From the IMG/VR virus record IMGVR_UViG_3300025128_006599, positions 1-64,000 of that record: a DNA stretch of 64,000 bases; one strand, written 5' to 3'. The notes under the pieces were generated by a model that worked only from the letters and a program-made list of their open reading frames with translations, searched no databases and was not told the DNA's origin. Of this stretch, positions 39,254 through 48,815 are shown piece after piece. This DNA is from a virus. How positions within the stretch are numbered: the first letter of the stretch is position 1; each line of letters starts with the position of its first letter. A program made the translations under genes and the position numbers.

Positions 39254-40734
39254 ATTATATTGATATGACAAAAAAAATAATTGATGAGTGTTGTTTTACA
39301 ACCTACACAAGAGATTTTTCTAACGAGGGTGGAGAACGACATGATGGTGGTAAATTATCAGGTGATCCTGCACACGTTTGTCATAGAGGTAATTTCTTTT
39401 CTTCACAATTGTTAAATTCTCAATTTTATAAAATACAAGGTGTACGGAGTAGGAGAAATTATTTTCATGATTTAGAGTTTATTAAATTTTTGAGGAATTA
39501 TAAAGAAGTCATACAAGTTCCATTTGAAGATGCAATGAAGAGTGATAAAAAGGTCATCCTTGAAATGGAGATGCATGCATGTACAGAGAGTCCTCGTCCA
39601 TTAGAGAGTATAAAAGAAAAGTTTTTTGATGATTTATTTCAAGATAAAAACATTTTAGAAAAAATGAGAAATGGTACTTTTTTTATATTTTTGTACTATG
39701 GATATGAAGCTGATGATTTTTCAAAAAGACTTTTCGAACACGATAAATTTAATTCTCATTATGAGATGTTTGAAACGGTTTTAACAGAATATGACTTACC
39801 AAGTAATTCTTTAATAATTTTAAGTAGTAATTTAAATGGATATTCATATTTAGAAAATTATTCTTTTAAAAATAAATTTGTAAATGTAATTTATGATAAT
39901 GCTACAGAATTTCAGGCATTTAAACACATACCTCGTGGTGGATTTCAAGATTATACTTTTGATGAATATATTGAAAATATAAAAAAGGCTGACAAAAAAT
40001 TATTACGTATAAGTAGAACAACACATCCATACAGAGATTGTATGTTGTATTTTTTGGCACAAAATAATTATATTGATGATTCGTTAATAGACCATACTTT
40101 TTTTCAAAGTGATTATATAAATGAATTTTATAGAGGTAAAACTGAATGGATTAAAAGTCAGGCCAGAATTAATAATAATGAGATTACAAATGGTTCTGAT
40201 ATATTGGAAATTGAAGGACTTAAAGATGATGAAATTATAGAAAATATTCAGAAACAAGTACCTTTTATTGCAAGTGAGTATGAAAGAAAGTATGGTGTAA
40301 GAGAGGGAGCACATCCACCAAATGAGGCTATTCCATTTGATGTATATAAGAAAACATTTTTCTCTTGGGTTTCTACATCAGCATCAGATCAAATAACCAA
40401 AACTTTTATAAATATGTCTACATTTAATCCTGTTTTACATTTTCATCCTCTTGTATGGTTTGGTGAACCAAAAACTATTCAGAGATTTAAAGAATATGGT
40501 TATAAATCGTATGATTGGTTAGTTGATGAGAGTTATGATGCAGAAACTCATATGCTAAAAAAATGGAATATGAATATTCAGCAAATTCATAAGATAATGA
40601 AAACACCAACGGAAACTTTAATAAATTTAATAATTGAAAATAGAGATGTATTAGAACATAATCAAAATCTTTTATACAAATGTGAGAGTATTAACAGGAT
40701 GTTAACTAAATTTTATGGAATTATCAATGAGTAA
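39250..40734 (+). CDS. glycosyltransferase-like paralogue of 35287
   Basis: TFNPVLHFHPLVWFG...YGYKSY..VDESYD...LEHNQ aligns with the C-terminus of 35287. Confidence 0.45.
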   Translation: MNYIDMTKKIIDECCFTTYTRDFSNEGGERHDGGKLSGDPAHVCHRGNFFSSQLLNSQFYKIQGVRSRRNYFHDLEFIKFLRNYKEVIQVPFEDAMKSDKKVILEMEMHACTESPRPLESIKEKFFDDLFQDKNILEKMRNGTFFIFLYYGYEADDFSKRLFEHDKFNSHYEMFETVLTEYDLPSNSLIILSSNLNGYSYLENYSFKNKFVNVIYDNATEFQAFKHIPRGGFQDYTFDEYIENIKKADKKLLRISRTTHPYRDCMLYFLAQNNYIDDSLIDHTFFQSDYINEFYRGKTEWIKSQARINNNEITNGSDILEIEGLKDDEIIENIQKQVPFIASEYERKYGVREGAHPPNEAIPFDVYKKTFFSWVSTSASDQITKTFINMSTFNPVLHFHPLVWFGEPKTIQRFKEYGYKSYDWLVDESYDAETHMLKKWNMNIQQIHKIMKTPTETLINLIIENRDVLEHNQNLLYKCESINRMLTKFYGIINE

Positions 40735-41539
40735 GAATAATAAATACGAAAAGTTAGATTTTAATATATCTACAAAAGTTCTTAGAAGTAAGGATTCTAA
40801 TATAGGAATAGTCTATGCAATGAAACAAGGAAGTTGTTCATTAAATACTATTATAGACAACCATCCTGAAACATTTGAAGTGGTTACACAAAATATTCTA
40901 AATACTGATTTTACATTTATCATCCCACTTAGGTCTCCTTATGAAAAGTGGGTGTCTGGAAATTTACAAGATTTAGAATCTTTGAAGTTAGATTCTAATA
41001 TATATGAACAAATGCACTATGAATCACCAGATAAGGTGATACATAAATATTTTGAAAGCTTTGATTTAAAACACATCAGCCGGCATGCACGTTTAAGTAG
41101 GTGGACATCTAATTTTACTTTTAATTTAGTTAAATTATATGAATTGGAAAATGTTTATTTTATAAATGTAAAAGATTTATCTAAACCTTCTCTCATTGAG
41201 TGGATGAGTAAAAGGGATAAAAATTGGTCTGTAGTGAAAGAGATTTATAAAACTAATGTTTCAAGTGAAAGTAATGAAAAGATAATGTATTCGGATTATA
41301 TCAAACAAATAAGTAGCAGAAGATTTGATGAAGTTGAAGGGGATGTTCGTTTGAATGCAAATGACGATGAAATCTTTAATATATTTTATGGAAAGTTCCA
41401 AAAATATCCTAATAATCCAAAACAATTTCATAGCAAAAAAGACTTTCAAGCAATTGAAAGTTTATTAGAATCATTTTTTGATTTAGAAACATCCGTAATA
41501 GAGATGATTAGAAAAAGTGATAAGTTTATAAAGTTATAA
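40727..41539 (+). CDS. divergent sulfotransferase-like protein
   Basis: MKQGSCSL, LRSPYEKWVSG; NVYFINVKDLSKP shared with 18962. Confidence 0.45.
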   Translation: MSKNNKYEKLDFNISTKVLRSKDSNIGIVYAMKQGSCSLNTIIDNHPETFEVVTQNILNTDFTFIIPLRSPYEKWVSGNLQDLESLKLDSNIYEQMHYESPDKVIHKYFESFDLKHISRHARLSRWTSNFTFNLVKLYELENVYFINVKDLSKPSLIEWMSKRDKNWSVVKEIYKTNVSSESNEKIMYSDYIKQISSRRFDEVEGDVRLNANDDEIFNIFYGKFQKYPNNPKQFHSKKDFQAIESLLESFFDLETSVIEMIRKSDKFIKL

Positions 41540-42273
41540 TGAAAAAGACAAGACAACAATTTAATATAGTGATTCCAATGGCAGGTCGTGGTTCACGATT
41601 TGAAGAACAAGGATATATAGACAAAAAACCATTTATTGATGTGAATGGAAAACCAATGGTACATAGAGTGATTGAGAACTTAGGTATAGAGTTTAATACA
41701 GATTATTTGTTTGTTTTGATTTGTTTACAAGAAGATTTTGATAAGTATGATTTTACAGAATTTGAAAACGTCATTGGTCATAGTGCATATGATGTTGTGA
41801 TATTAGATGATGTTACTGAGGGAGCAGCACAAACAATACTGACAGCAAAAGACTTAATCAATAACGATACACCAATGTTAAGTTTAAACACCGACCAAAT
41901 GATAGACTATAATTCAGAAAAAATGTGGGGATTGGCAAAACATTGTGATGGATTTATTCCTTGTTTTTATGGGGATAGTACAGATTGGAGTTACGCTAGA
42001 TGTGGTCAAGATGGCTATGTAGAAGAAGTTGCAGAAAAGAAAGTCATTTCAAACAACGCAACAGCAGGATATTACTATTGGAGTAAAGGTAGTGATTTCG
42101 TAAAATATGCAGAACAAATGATTGAACAGAATAGTAGAACTAACGGAGAGTTTTATGTGGCACCAGTTTACAATTGGGCAATCAAAGATGGAAAGAAAAT
42201 AGGTATCGGTATGGTTGATGAAATATATGAATTAGGAACACCAGAATATTTAGAGGAATATCTTAATGTATAG
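41539..42273 (+). CDS. NTP-transferase (LicC/glucose-1-phosphate nucleotidyltransferase-like)
   Basis: IPMAGRGSRF, KPFIDV, TEGAAQT, EKKVIS, EFYVAPVYN, LGTPE. Confidence 0.85.
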   Translation: MKKTRQQFNIVIPMAGRGSRFEEQGYIDKKPFIDVNGKPMVHRVIENLGIEFNTDYLFVLICLQEDFDKYDFTEFENVIGHSAYDVVILDDVTEGAAQTILTAKDLINNDTPMLSLNTDQMIDYNSEKMWGLAKHCDGFIPCFYGDSTDWSYARCGQDGYVEEVAEKKVISNNATAGYYYWSKGSDFVKYAEQMIEQNSRTNGEFYVAPVYNWAIKDGKKIGIGMVDEIYELGTPEYLEEYLNV

Positions 42274-42919
42274 TAAAGTTGTTAGCATTGGTTGTAGTTT
42301 TTCAAATGAAATGGAAGAATATAGTGGAGTTAAATTAACCTATGGTGATTTTATTGCAAAACATTATAATGTAGAACATATTAATCTTGCAGAAAATGGG
42401 TTTTCAAATTATGGGATTTATAGAAAATCAATACAATGGTGTTTAGATAACATTGAGAACAGAAAAGATGCTTTATTTATTGTTGGGTTAACCTCTCATC
42501 TTAGATTTGAAATGTGGACAAATAGATATGGGTTACTTACAAAGTTTAATTGGGGTCACTTAACCGAACATCCACACTTAAAAGAATTAGGGTGGAAGAA
42601 AAAAGAAATTGAAAAATTTCAATTTGATTTTTTTGATACTATAGGAGATCATCGGCAAGATCAATCCAAACTGTTGATAATAGGATTGAGTTCTTTTTTT
42701 AAAAGTATGAATATTGATTATTTGATGTTTCCGGCTTTGTATGCGCCAAGTGTAAAAAACATTGGTACTTTTCAAGAATGTAATATTCATTATTACAATG
42801 AACAATTTGAATCATTTATAATAGATAACAAATTAGCTTGTGATAAAGATAATTGGCACCCCAATCAAAAAGCACATAAACTATGGAGTAAAAAACTACT
42901 ACAATGTTTAAACCAATAA
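42266..42919 (+). CDS. SGNH/GDSL-like hydrolase-fold protein
   Basis: IGCSFS, NLAENGFSN, VGLTSHLRFE, WHPNQKAH. Confidence 0.65.
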   Translation: MYSKVVSIGCSFSNEMEEYSGVKLTYGDFIAKHYNVEHINLAENGFSNYGIYRKSIQWCLDNIENRKDALFIVGLTSHLRFEMWTNRYGLLTKFNWGHLTEHPHLKELGWKKKEIEKFQFDFFDTIGDHRQDQSKLLIIGLSSFFKSMNIDYLMFPALYAPSVKNIGTFQECNIHYYNEQFESFIIDNKLACDKDNWHPNQKAHKLWSKKLLQCLNQ

Positions 42920-43839
42920 CATACGCATATTTAGAAACCACTAACTATTGTAATTTAGATTGTAGTTTTTGCAACCGAATGGATGTAATCGGCCCACTTA
43001 AACACATGAGTTTAGAAGATTGGGGTAAGTTACTTGATGGTATAAAACATCATCCAATAGAAGAAGCAAAACTTATGGGGATGGGAGAACCAATGTTACA
43101 TCCACAATTCGATGAAGTGTGTAGAATATTTAAAGAAGTATTTCCAAATTGTAAATTAATTGTTGCAACAAATTGTCAATATAATATTAAAGAGGGGTTA
43201 GAGTTTAGAAGGAAGTTTCAAGAATGTTTGAAGTATATTGATGTGTTGTATTTCAGTATTGATGGTTGGGGTGAAAGTTATGAGAGAGACAGAGCACCAG
43301 CAAAATGGAAAAAACTAATTAAGTTTTTAAAAGATTTTGAAACAATAAATCGTTATGATTGTGATTGTGTTGTAAATTATGTTGTAAATGCTTATAATGT
43401 TGATGATATAGAAAAGGTAGATAACCTCAGAAAAGAAAATAATTTAGGAATGTTAAGATTAAACATTGCTCAGATTTGGGATGAAGATATAAAGATGAGC
43501 GATGATTTAGCAACATCAGGTTATACGACAGAACAATTAGATTATTTGAAAATTAATTGGAGTGATAACATTATGGGTAAATCCAAATGGGACTTTAAAG
43601 ATTGTTTTTGGGTAAATAATGGTATTTATACTACCGTAGAGGGTGATGTAAAAATGTGTTGTATGAATACAGGTGCTAAACCATTTGGTAATTTATTTGA
43701 AAACTCTATTGATGAAATAAGACTTATGGAAGATTATCAGAATGTTAAGAAAGGTTGTAACACAAACAATCCTACATTACATTGTAAAAATTGTTCATAT
43801 AAAGAATTAGTTCCAATATTGGATTACGTAGGAGTGTGA
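42904..43839 (+). CDS. radical SAM protein with SPASM/twitch domain
   Basis: CNLDCSFC, GMGEP, C-terminal CFW...GDVKMCC...CKNC. Confidence 0.9.
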   Translation: MFKPITYAYLETTNYCNLDCSFCNRMDVIGPLKHMSLEDWGKLLDGIKHHPIEEAKLMGMGEPMLHPQFDEVCRIFKEVFPNCKLIVATNCQYNIKEGLEFRRKFQECLKYIDVLYFSIDGWGESYERDRAPAKWKKLIKFLKDFETINRYDCDCVVNYVVNAYNVDDIEKVDNLRKENNLGMLRLNIAQIWDEDIKMSDDLATSGYTTEQLDYLKINWSDNIMGKSKWDFKDCFWVNNGIYTTVEGDVKMCCMNTGAKPFGNLFENSIDEIRLMEDYQNVKKGCNTNNPTLHCKNCSYKELVPILDYVGV

Positions 43840-44855
43840 TGAAGCACTATTTAAAAAATATAAAAAGAAAATTTGATACAGATGATAAATCTAAGTATGA
43901 TTTTGTATTGAATCAAAGTGAAAGAACACAACCGATACCCGATTTTGCAAAGTTTTTACAGACTATTACTCAAGAAGATTTTTTTTATTATCCAAATACT
44001 GAAGAATTTAAATTTAAACTGGGAATGTGGTATGGTGTACAAACTAATCAGATTTTTTTAAGTGCTGGTTCTGATATAGGAATAAAGTCTGTTTTTGAAA
44101 CGTTTACAGATGGTGGTAGAGTTGTAACTTCAAATCCATCATTTCCAATGTACAAAGTGTATAGTGAATTGTATCAATGTGAATACTTTGGAATACCACA
44201 CGAAAAGGATTACACGATATCTATGGAAAAGATATTGTCCAATATTACACACGATACAGATTTAGTTATTTTGGCAAATCCAAATAGTCCAATGGGAGAG
44301 TATAAATCTTTCGATGAAATACGAATATTATTAGAACAAGATGTACCTGTATTAATTGATGAGGCATACATAGAATTTACCGATAAAGATAGTGTGTTAA
44401 AATACATTCACGAATATCCTAATTTAATTGTTACAAGAACTTTCTCAAAAGGATTTGGAGCAGCAGGATGTAGAGTTGGTTGTGTGATTTCACATGAAAA
44501 TAATATTGAGTTGATAAGTAAATTTAGGCATATGTATGAGATTACAGGAGTGTCTATGAAGTATTGTGAATTTTTATTGAATAACCACAATTTGGTTGAT
44601 ATTTATATAGAGAGTGTAAAGAAAGAAAAGAAAAAATTAGTTTCAATGTTAAATGGTTATGATGTCATAGATTCTAATTGTAATTGGATACATTTTAATA
44701 CAAAAGATGATAATTTAAAAACTAAACAAATATTTGATAAACATAAAGTTTTGGTTAAGTATTGTAAACTTCCACACGATGATAGAAAAAATTGGTGCAG
44801 ATTAACAATACAACCAAATTTAACAAAAGAAAAATTTATAAAGGAATTGTTATGA
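43836..44855 (+). CDS. PLP-dependent class I/II aminotransferase (HisC/CobD-like)
   Basis: AGSD, ANPNSPMG, IDEAY, RTFSKGFGAAGCRVG. Confidence 0.85.
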   Translation: MMKHYLKNIKRKFDTDDKSKYDFVLNQSERTQPIPDFAKFLQTITQEDFFYYPNTEEFKFKLGMWYGVQTNQIFLSAGSDIGIKSVFETFTDGGRVVTSNPSFPMYKVYSELYQCEYFGIPHEKDYTISMEKILSNITHDTDLVILANPNSPMGEYKSFDEIRILLEQDVPVLIDEAYIEFTDKDSVLKYIHEYPNLIVTRTFSKGFGAAGCRVGCVISHENNIELISKFRHMYEITGVSMKYCEFLLNNHNLVDIYIESVKKEKKKLVSMLNGYDVIDSNCNWIHFNTKDDNLKTKQIFDKHKVLVKYCKLPHDDRKNWCRLTIQPNLTKEKFIKELL

Positions 44856-45685
44856 ATAAGAAATTTCTAAAGAAAAAACGAAATCAAATCATAGAAGATA
44901 TGTTTGAAATGTGTATTAAGGCAGGTGATGGTCACGTTACTTCGTGTCTTTCTTGTGCAGATATAATGACCTTATTGTTTTATGGTGGATATGTTAATCA
45001 TAATCCTAAAAATCCACAATGGAATAAAAGGGACAGATTTATATTGAGTAAGGCTCAGGCAAGTCCTATTTTTTATACTATTTTAGCAGACAGAGGTTAT
45101 TTTGATAAAAAAGAAATGGATAAGTTTGCACAACAAGATGGAATATTTGGAGTTCATTTACAAAGTGATGTACCAGGTGCAGAAATATCTGCAGGTTCAC
45201 TTGGACACGGATTTGGATTGGCCTCTGGTATTGCGTTAAGTGCAAAACTTAATACAGAATTGTATTTGACTTATTGTTTGTTGGGTGATGGGGAACTATA
45301 TGAGGGTTCTGTATGGGAAACTGCAATGTTTGCATCACATCATAGATTAAATAATTTAGTTGCTATTGTAGATAGGAACTCACAATGTACTCTTGACTTT
45401 ACAGAAAATATTGTTAAGTTGGAACCAATTGAAGATAAATGGAAATCATTTGGTTGGGAAGTTAAACGAGTTGATGGACACAATTTGAAAGAATTACAAC
45501 GTGTATTCAAGTATGTAAGGGCTAGAAGAAGTGATAAACCTTTAGTGATTATAGCAGATACTGTAAAAGGAAAAGGTATTGATTATTTATCATATAAACC
45601 ATTATGGCATGGTGGAACACCAATTAAAGATGAAGATGTGAACGCATCAAGAAAAGATTTACAAAGGAGTGTTCAAAATGGGTAA
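44852..45685 (+). CDS. transketolase-like, N-terminal ThDP-binding subunit
   Basis: RDRFILSK, GSLGHG, GDGELYEGSVWE, VDGH, TVKGKG. Start ATG 44852. Confidence 0.9.
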   Translation: MNKKFLKKKRNQIIEDMFEMCIKAGDGHVTSCLSCADIMTLLFYGGYVNHNPKNPQWNKRDRFILSKAQASPIFYTILADRGYFDKKEMDKFAQQDGIFGVHLQSDVPGAEISAGSLGHGFGLASGIALSAKLNTELYLTYCLLGDGELYEGSVWETAMFASHHRLNNLVAIVDRNSQCTLDFTENIVKLEPIEDKWKSFGWEVKRVDGHNLKELQRVFKYVRARRSDKPLVIIADTVKGKGIDYLSYKPLWHGGTPIKDEDVNASRKDLQRSVQNG

Positions 45686-46619
45686 AAATACCAAAAGTAC
45701 TATTTTAAATCAAAAATATAGTCAAAGAGATGCATTTTTTACAAAAGTGTATGAAATGATGAAAGACGATAGTGATATTGTTATAGTTGTAGCAGATCAA
45801 GGAGCACCAATATTTGATAAGGTAAGACGAGATTTTCCTCATAGATTTTTTAATGTAGGAATTGCAGAACAACAAGCCGTTCTACTTGCATCTGGATTGG
45901 CCAAAGAAGGTAAAAAAGTTTTTGTTTATGCAATTTCAACATTTATGATAATGAGATGTTATGAACAAATAAGAGTTTCTCAAGGTGTGATGAAATTACC
46001 AATCACGATAGTTGGAGTTGGTAGTGGATATAGTTATGATGATTCAGGCCCAACACATCATATGTTAGAGGATATTTCTATTATGAGAGTTTTACCACAT
46101 ATGACAATTAATAGTATTACAGATAATGTAATGGCAAAAATGATAGCAGAAGAATCTGTAAATATGAATACACCAAATTATGTTAGATTGGATAGACATA
46201 TAAGACCAGATATTTATAAAGATGATGACGATCTTTCATTTGGTTATAATGTTTTAGAAGAAGGTACAGATGGTTATTTTATTTCAACGGGCATAATGAC
46301 TGATGTGGCAATACAACATTATGATGGAAAATTAGGTATAATTGATTTACATACCATTCCTTGTCACGAAAGTTCCCTTTCAGAAATTATACAGGATAAA
46401 AAAGTAATTACACTTGAAGAACACTTTTTGCCTGGTGGTTTAGGAAGTTATGTTTTAGAGATTATTTCAGATAACGATTTAAATACAAGAGTAAGACGAA
46501 TAGGATTAAAACAGGCATACATTTATCGTTATGGTGGTAGACAAGATAATTGGGATTATCATGGATTAAAATCCTCAAATATTATTAAAATAAAGGATGA
46601 GTTTCTTGAGAGAATATGA
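45678..46619 (+). CDS. transketolase-like, C-terminal subunit
   Basis: NVGIAEQ, GPTHH, EEHFLPGGLG. Confidence 0.9.
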   Translation: MGKNTKSTILNQKYSQRDAFFTKVYEMMKDDSDIVIVVADQGAPIFDKVRRDFPHRFFNVGIAEQQAVLLASGLAKEGKKVFVYAISTFMIMRCYEQIRVSQGVMKLPITIVGVGSGYSYDDSGPTHHMLEDISIMRVLPHMTINSITDNVMAKMIAEESVNMNTPNYVRLDRHIRPDIYKDDDDLSFGYNVLEEGTDGYFISTGIMTDVAIQHYDGKLGIIDLHTIPCHESSLSEIIQDKKVITLEEHFLPGGLGSYVLEIISDNDLNTRVRRIGLKQAYIYRYGGRQDNWDYHGLKSSNIIKIKDEFLERI

Positions 46620-47554
46620 ATAAGCAAAAAACGTTAATTGGGGTTGGTTGCTCACATACACAAGGAAGTGCGTTTATAGTTGGGCCAGAAACTCCAGATG
46701 AAAATGGTATGTATGAATTGGCCTCATCACAATTAAAGGAAAAATATAAAACAGATAAGGTTGATGAAAAGTTTATAACTAATCTGTCTTGGGTTGGTAA
46801 GTTAAATAAATATTTAAAGTATGACAGAGTTCTAAACTTTGGACTTGGTGGTAGAGGATTAGAGCCAAATATCAGAAGTCTAAGAAGTTATGCATATAAA
46901 GTTAAAGATTTATCAAATCATTTAATTGTAATTATGCCGGCACCCGCGACAAGAAAAGAAGTTTTACATTTAAATCCTAAAAAAGAATATACAGGTGACT
47001 TTTTTAATGATACAAGTGACCATGAAACTATACAAAGACAGAGTAATTATGTATTAGATGGACATTTAACAAATGGGATTGAAGATATACATCCAAACGC
47101 TAATTTAAAGAAAAGTTATTTTGAAAACTATTATCATGAAGAATATTTTGAGTATATATCTATAATGGACTTGTATTATTTACAAGACTATTTAGAATTA
47201 AAGGGTGCAAAAGTTTTCATTTGTGTGACTCTTGCTGGATATGGGGCTCCAGAAATATCCGTTGAATATTATTATGAGAAATTAATTAGTAATTCAAATA
47301 AATGGTATGAGTTTTTTACACCAGAACATTCATTTCATACAGAATTACAAACTCCACCTAATATTAAAGAGGTTATAAAAAAGATTAATTGGTTATTTTC
47401 AATCAGTACAGATGAATCTCTTTATTTATCAGCAAAAAAAGAGGGATTTAATTTACATGAAGCTGGATTAGTTCATGATGATAGACATTTAACAGAACTT
47501 GGTAATGAAATATTGGCTCAAGGGTTGTATAGTGAGTTGAAAAAATATGAATAA
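46616..47554 (+). CDS. SGNH/GDSL-like hydrolase-fold protein
   Basis: VGCSHTQG, NFGLGGRG, DRHLTELGN. Confidence 0.55.
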   Translation: MNKQKTLIGVGCSHTQGSAFIVGPETPDENGMYELASSQLKEKYKTDKVDEKFITNLSWVGKLNKYLKYDRVLNFGLGGRGLEPNIRSLRSYAYKVKDLSNHLIVIMPAPATRKEVLHLNPKKEYTGDFFNDTSDHETIQRQSNYVLDGHLTNGIEDIHPNANLKKSYFENYYHEEYFEYISIMDLYYLQDYLELKGAKVFICVTLAGYGAPEISVEYYYEKLISNSNKWYEFFTPEHSFHTELQTPPNIKEVIKKINWLFSISTDESLYLSAKKEGFNLHEAGLVHDDRHLTELGNEILAQGLYSELKKYE

Positions 47555-48302
47555 ATTACACTTTTCTGATGAAGATACAAATTTATTAAGAACCGAAAAA
47601 TATTTAAAAAAGTTTGATAGAAAAAAGACGTTACGATATTTAATTGATATTGATAATCCAACAATATTTGATTTAGGTGCAAATAACGGTAAAAGTACAG
47701 TTGATTTTAAAAATATTTGGTCTAATTCAGTAATTCATAGTTTTGAACCACAACAAGAATGTTGGAATGAATTTAATAAAAATTTGAAACATTGCAATGA
47801 TGATAGTGTTATTTTAAATAAGGTTGCGGTAGGTAATGTTTCTGACAATAGTAAAAGATTTTATACACACGATATAAGCACTGGTTTGGCTGGATTCAAT
47901 AAAATAAATACTAAAAGTGGTGATTCCATTGATATAAATAAATTGAAACAGGGTGGTGTCAATCACGAAAGAAATGTACAGGTTATCAGACTTGATAATT
48001 ATATGAATGATAATAATATTGAAATGGTAAATTTAGTTAAAATAGATTGTCAAGGATTTGAACCAGAAATACTTGAAGGATTTGGAAATAGATTATCAGA
48101 CGTTGAGGTGGTGGTTACCGAACTTATGTTATATGATTTATACGAACGTAGTTTATCCTTTAGTGAGATTGAAAAATTTTTAATACCAAATGGGTTTCAA
48201 CTATATGATATTACTCATATAGCTAAAAATCCAATGAATGGTAGAACTGATTGGGTTGATGTGTTATATTTAAATACTACAAGGAGAAAATATCATGATT
48301 AA
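47547..48302 (+). CDS. FkbM family methyltransferase
   Basis: FDLGANNG, HSFEP, KIDCQGFE. Confidence 0.85.
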   Translation: MNKLHFSDEDTNLLRTEKYLKKFDRKKTLRYLIDIDNPTIFDLGANNGKSTVDFKNIWSNSVIHSFEPQQECWNEFNKNLKHCNDDSVILNKVAVGNVSDNSKRFYTHDISTGLAGFNKINTKSGDSIDINKLKQGGVNHERNVQVIRLDNYMNDNNIEMVNLVKIDCQGFEPEILEGFGNRLSDVEVVVTELMLYDLYERSLSFSEIEKFLIPNGFQLYDITHIAKNPMNGRTDWVDVLYLNTTRRKYHD

Positions 48303-48399
48303 ATGGATTAAAAATTTTTATTTAAAAATAAAATTAAATTATCGGTATAAAAAGAAATTAAAAGAACTTAGAAAACGAGATCCGTTTATTTATAAATAG
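48295..48399 (+). CDS. small basic hypothetical protein (34 aa, not in ORF track)
   Basis: MIKWIKNFYLKIKLNYRYKKKLKELRKRDPFIYK; AAGGAG RBS upstream; fills the gap between neighbours. Confidence 0.65.
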   Translation: MIKWIKNFYLKIKLNYRYKKKLKELRKRDPFIYK

Positions 48400-48407
48400 G
48401 AGATATT

Positions 48408-48815
48408 ATGAAACGAAAATGGTTACCAACATTAGGTGAACTAATAGATAGACTTAGTATACATCAGTTAAAAGAAGTTTTCATACCAGAGAACAAGAAG
48501 AATTATGCTAAAGAGATGGGTGATATGGTTCATGATATTGATTTAATTATCAAAGAAAACGATGGAAAGATAGATGGTGAATTTATCAGAGCAGTCATTG
48601 TTCTTGCACAAATGAACGCACACATTTGGTATAATGAATCACAAGTTCGTAAAGGTGAAAAGGGTAGTGATAATCTTATGTTAACTCATGGATTAAATGG
48701 AATTAGAAATACTGCTATCAATAAAATTATGGAAGTGGTTGGTGGTAGAAAAGACTACAAAATAGATTGTATTGCAGCAGATTTTAAAGATTGGGAAGTC
48801 AGTTGGGAAGACTAA
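48408..48815 (+). CDS. helical hypothetical protein
   Basis: TLGELIDRLSI...NAHIW..E..R...N..R; AGGAG RBS. Confidence 0.6.
   Translation: MKRKWLPTLGELIDRLSIHQLKEVFIPENKKNYAKEMGDMVHDIDLIIKENDGKIDGEFIRAVIVLAQMNAHIWYNESQVRKGEKGSDNLMLTHGLNGIRNTAINKIMEVVGGRKDYKIDCIAADFKDWEVSWED

Noticed and set aside
48391-48398. Exact T4 late promoter TATAAATA
   Set aside because: Lies in the last codons of a small ORF, abutting the next RBS, and is expected by chance in AT-rich DNA
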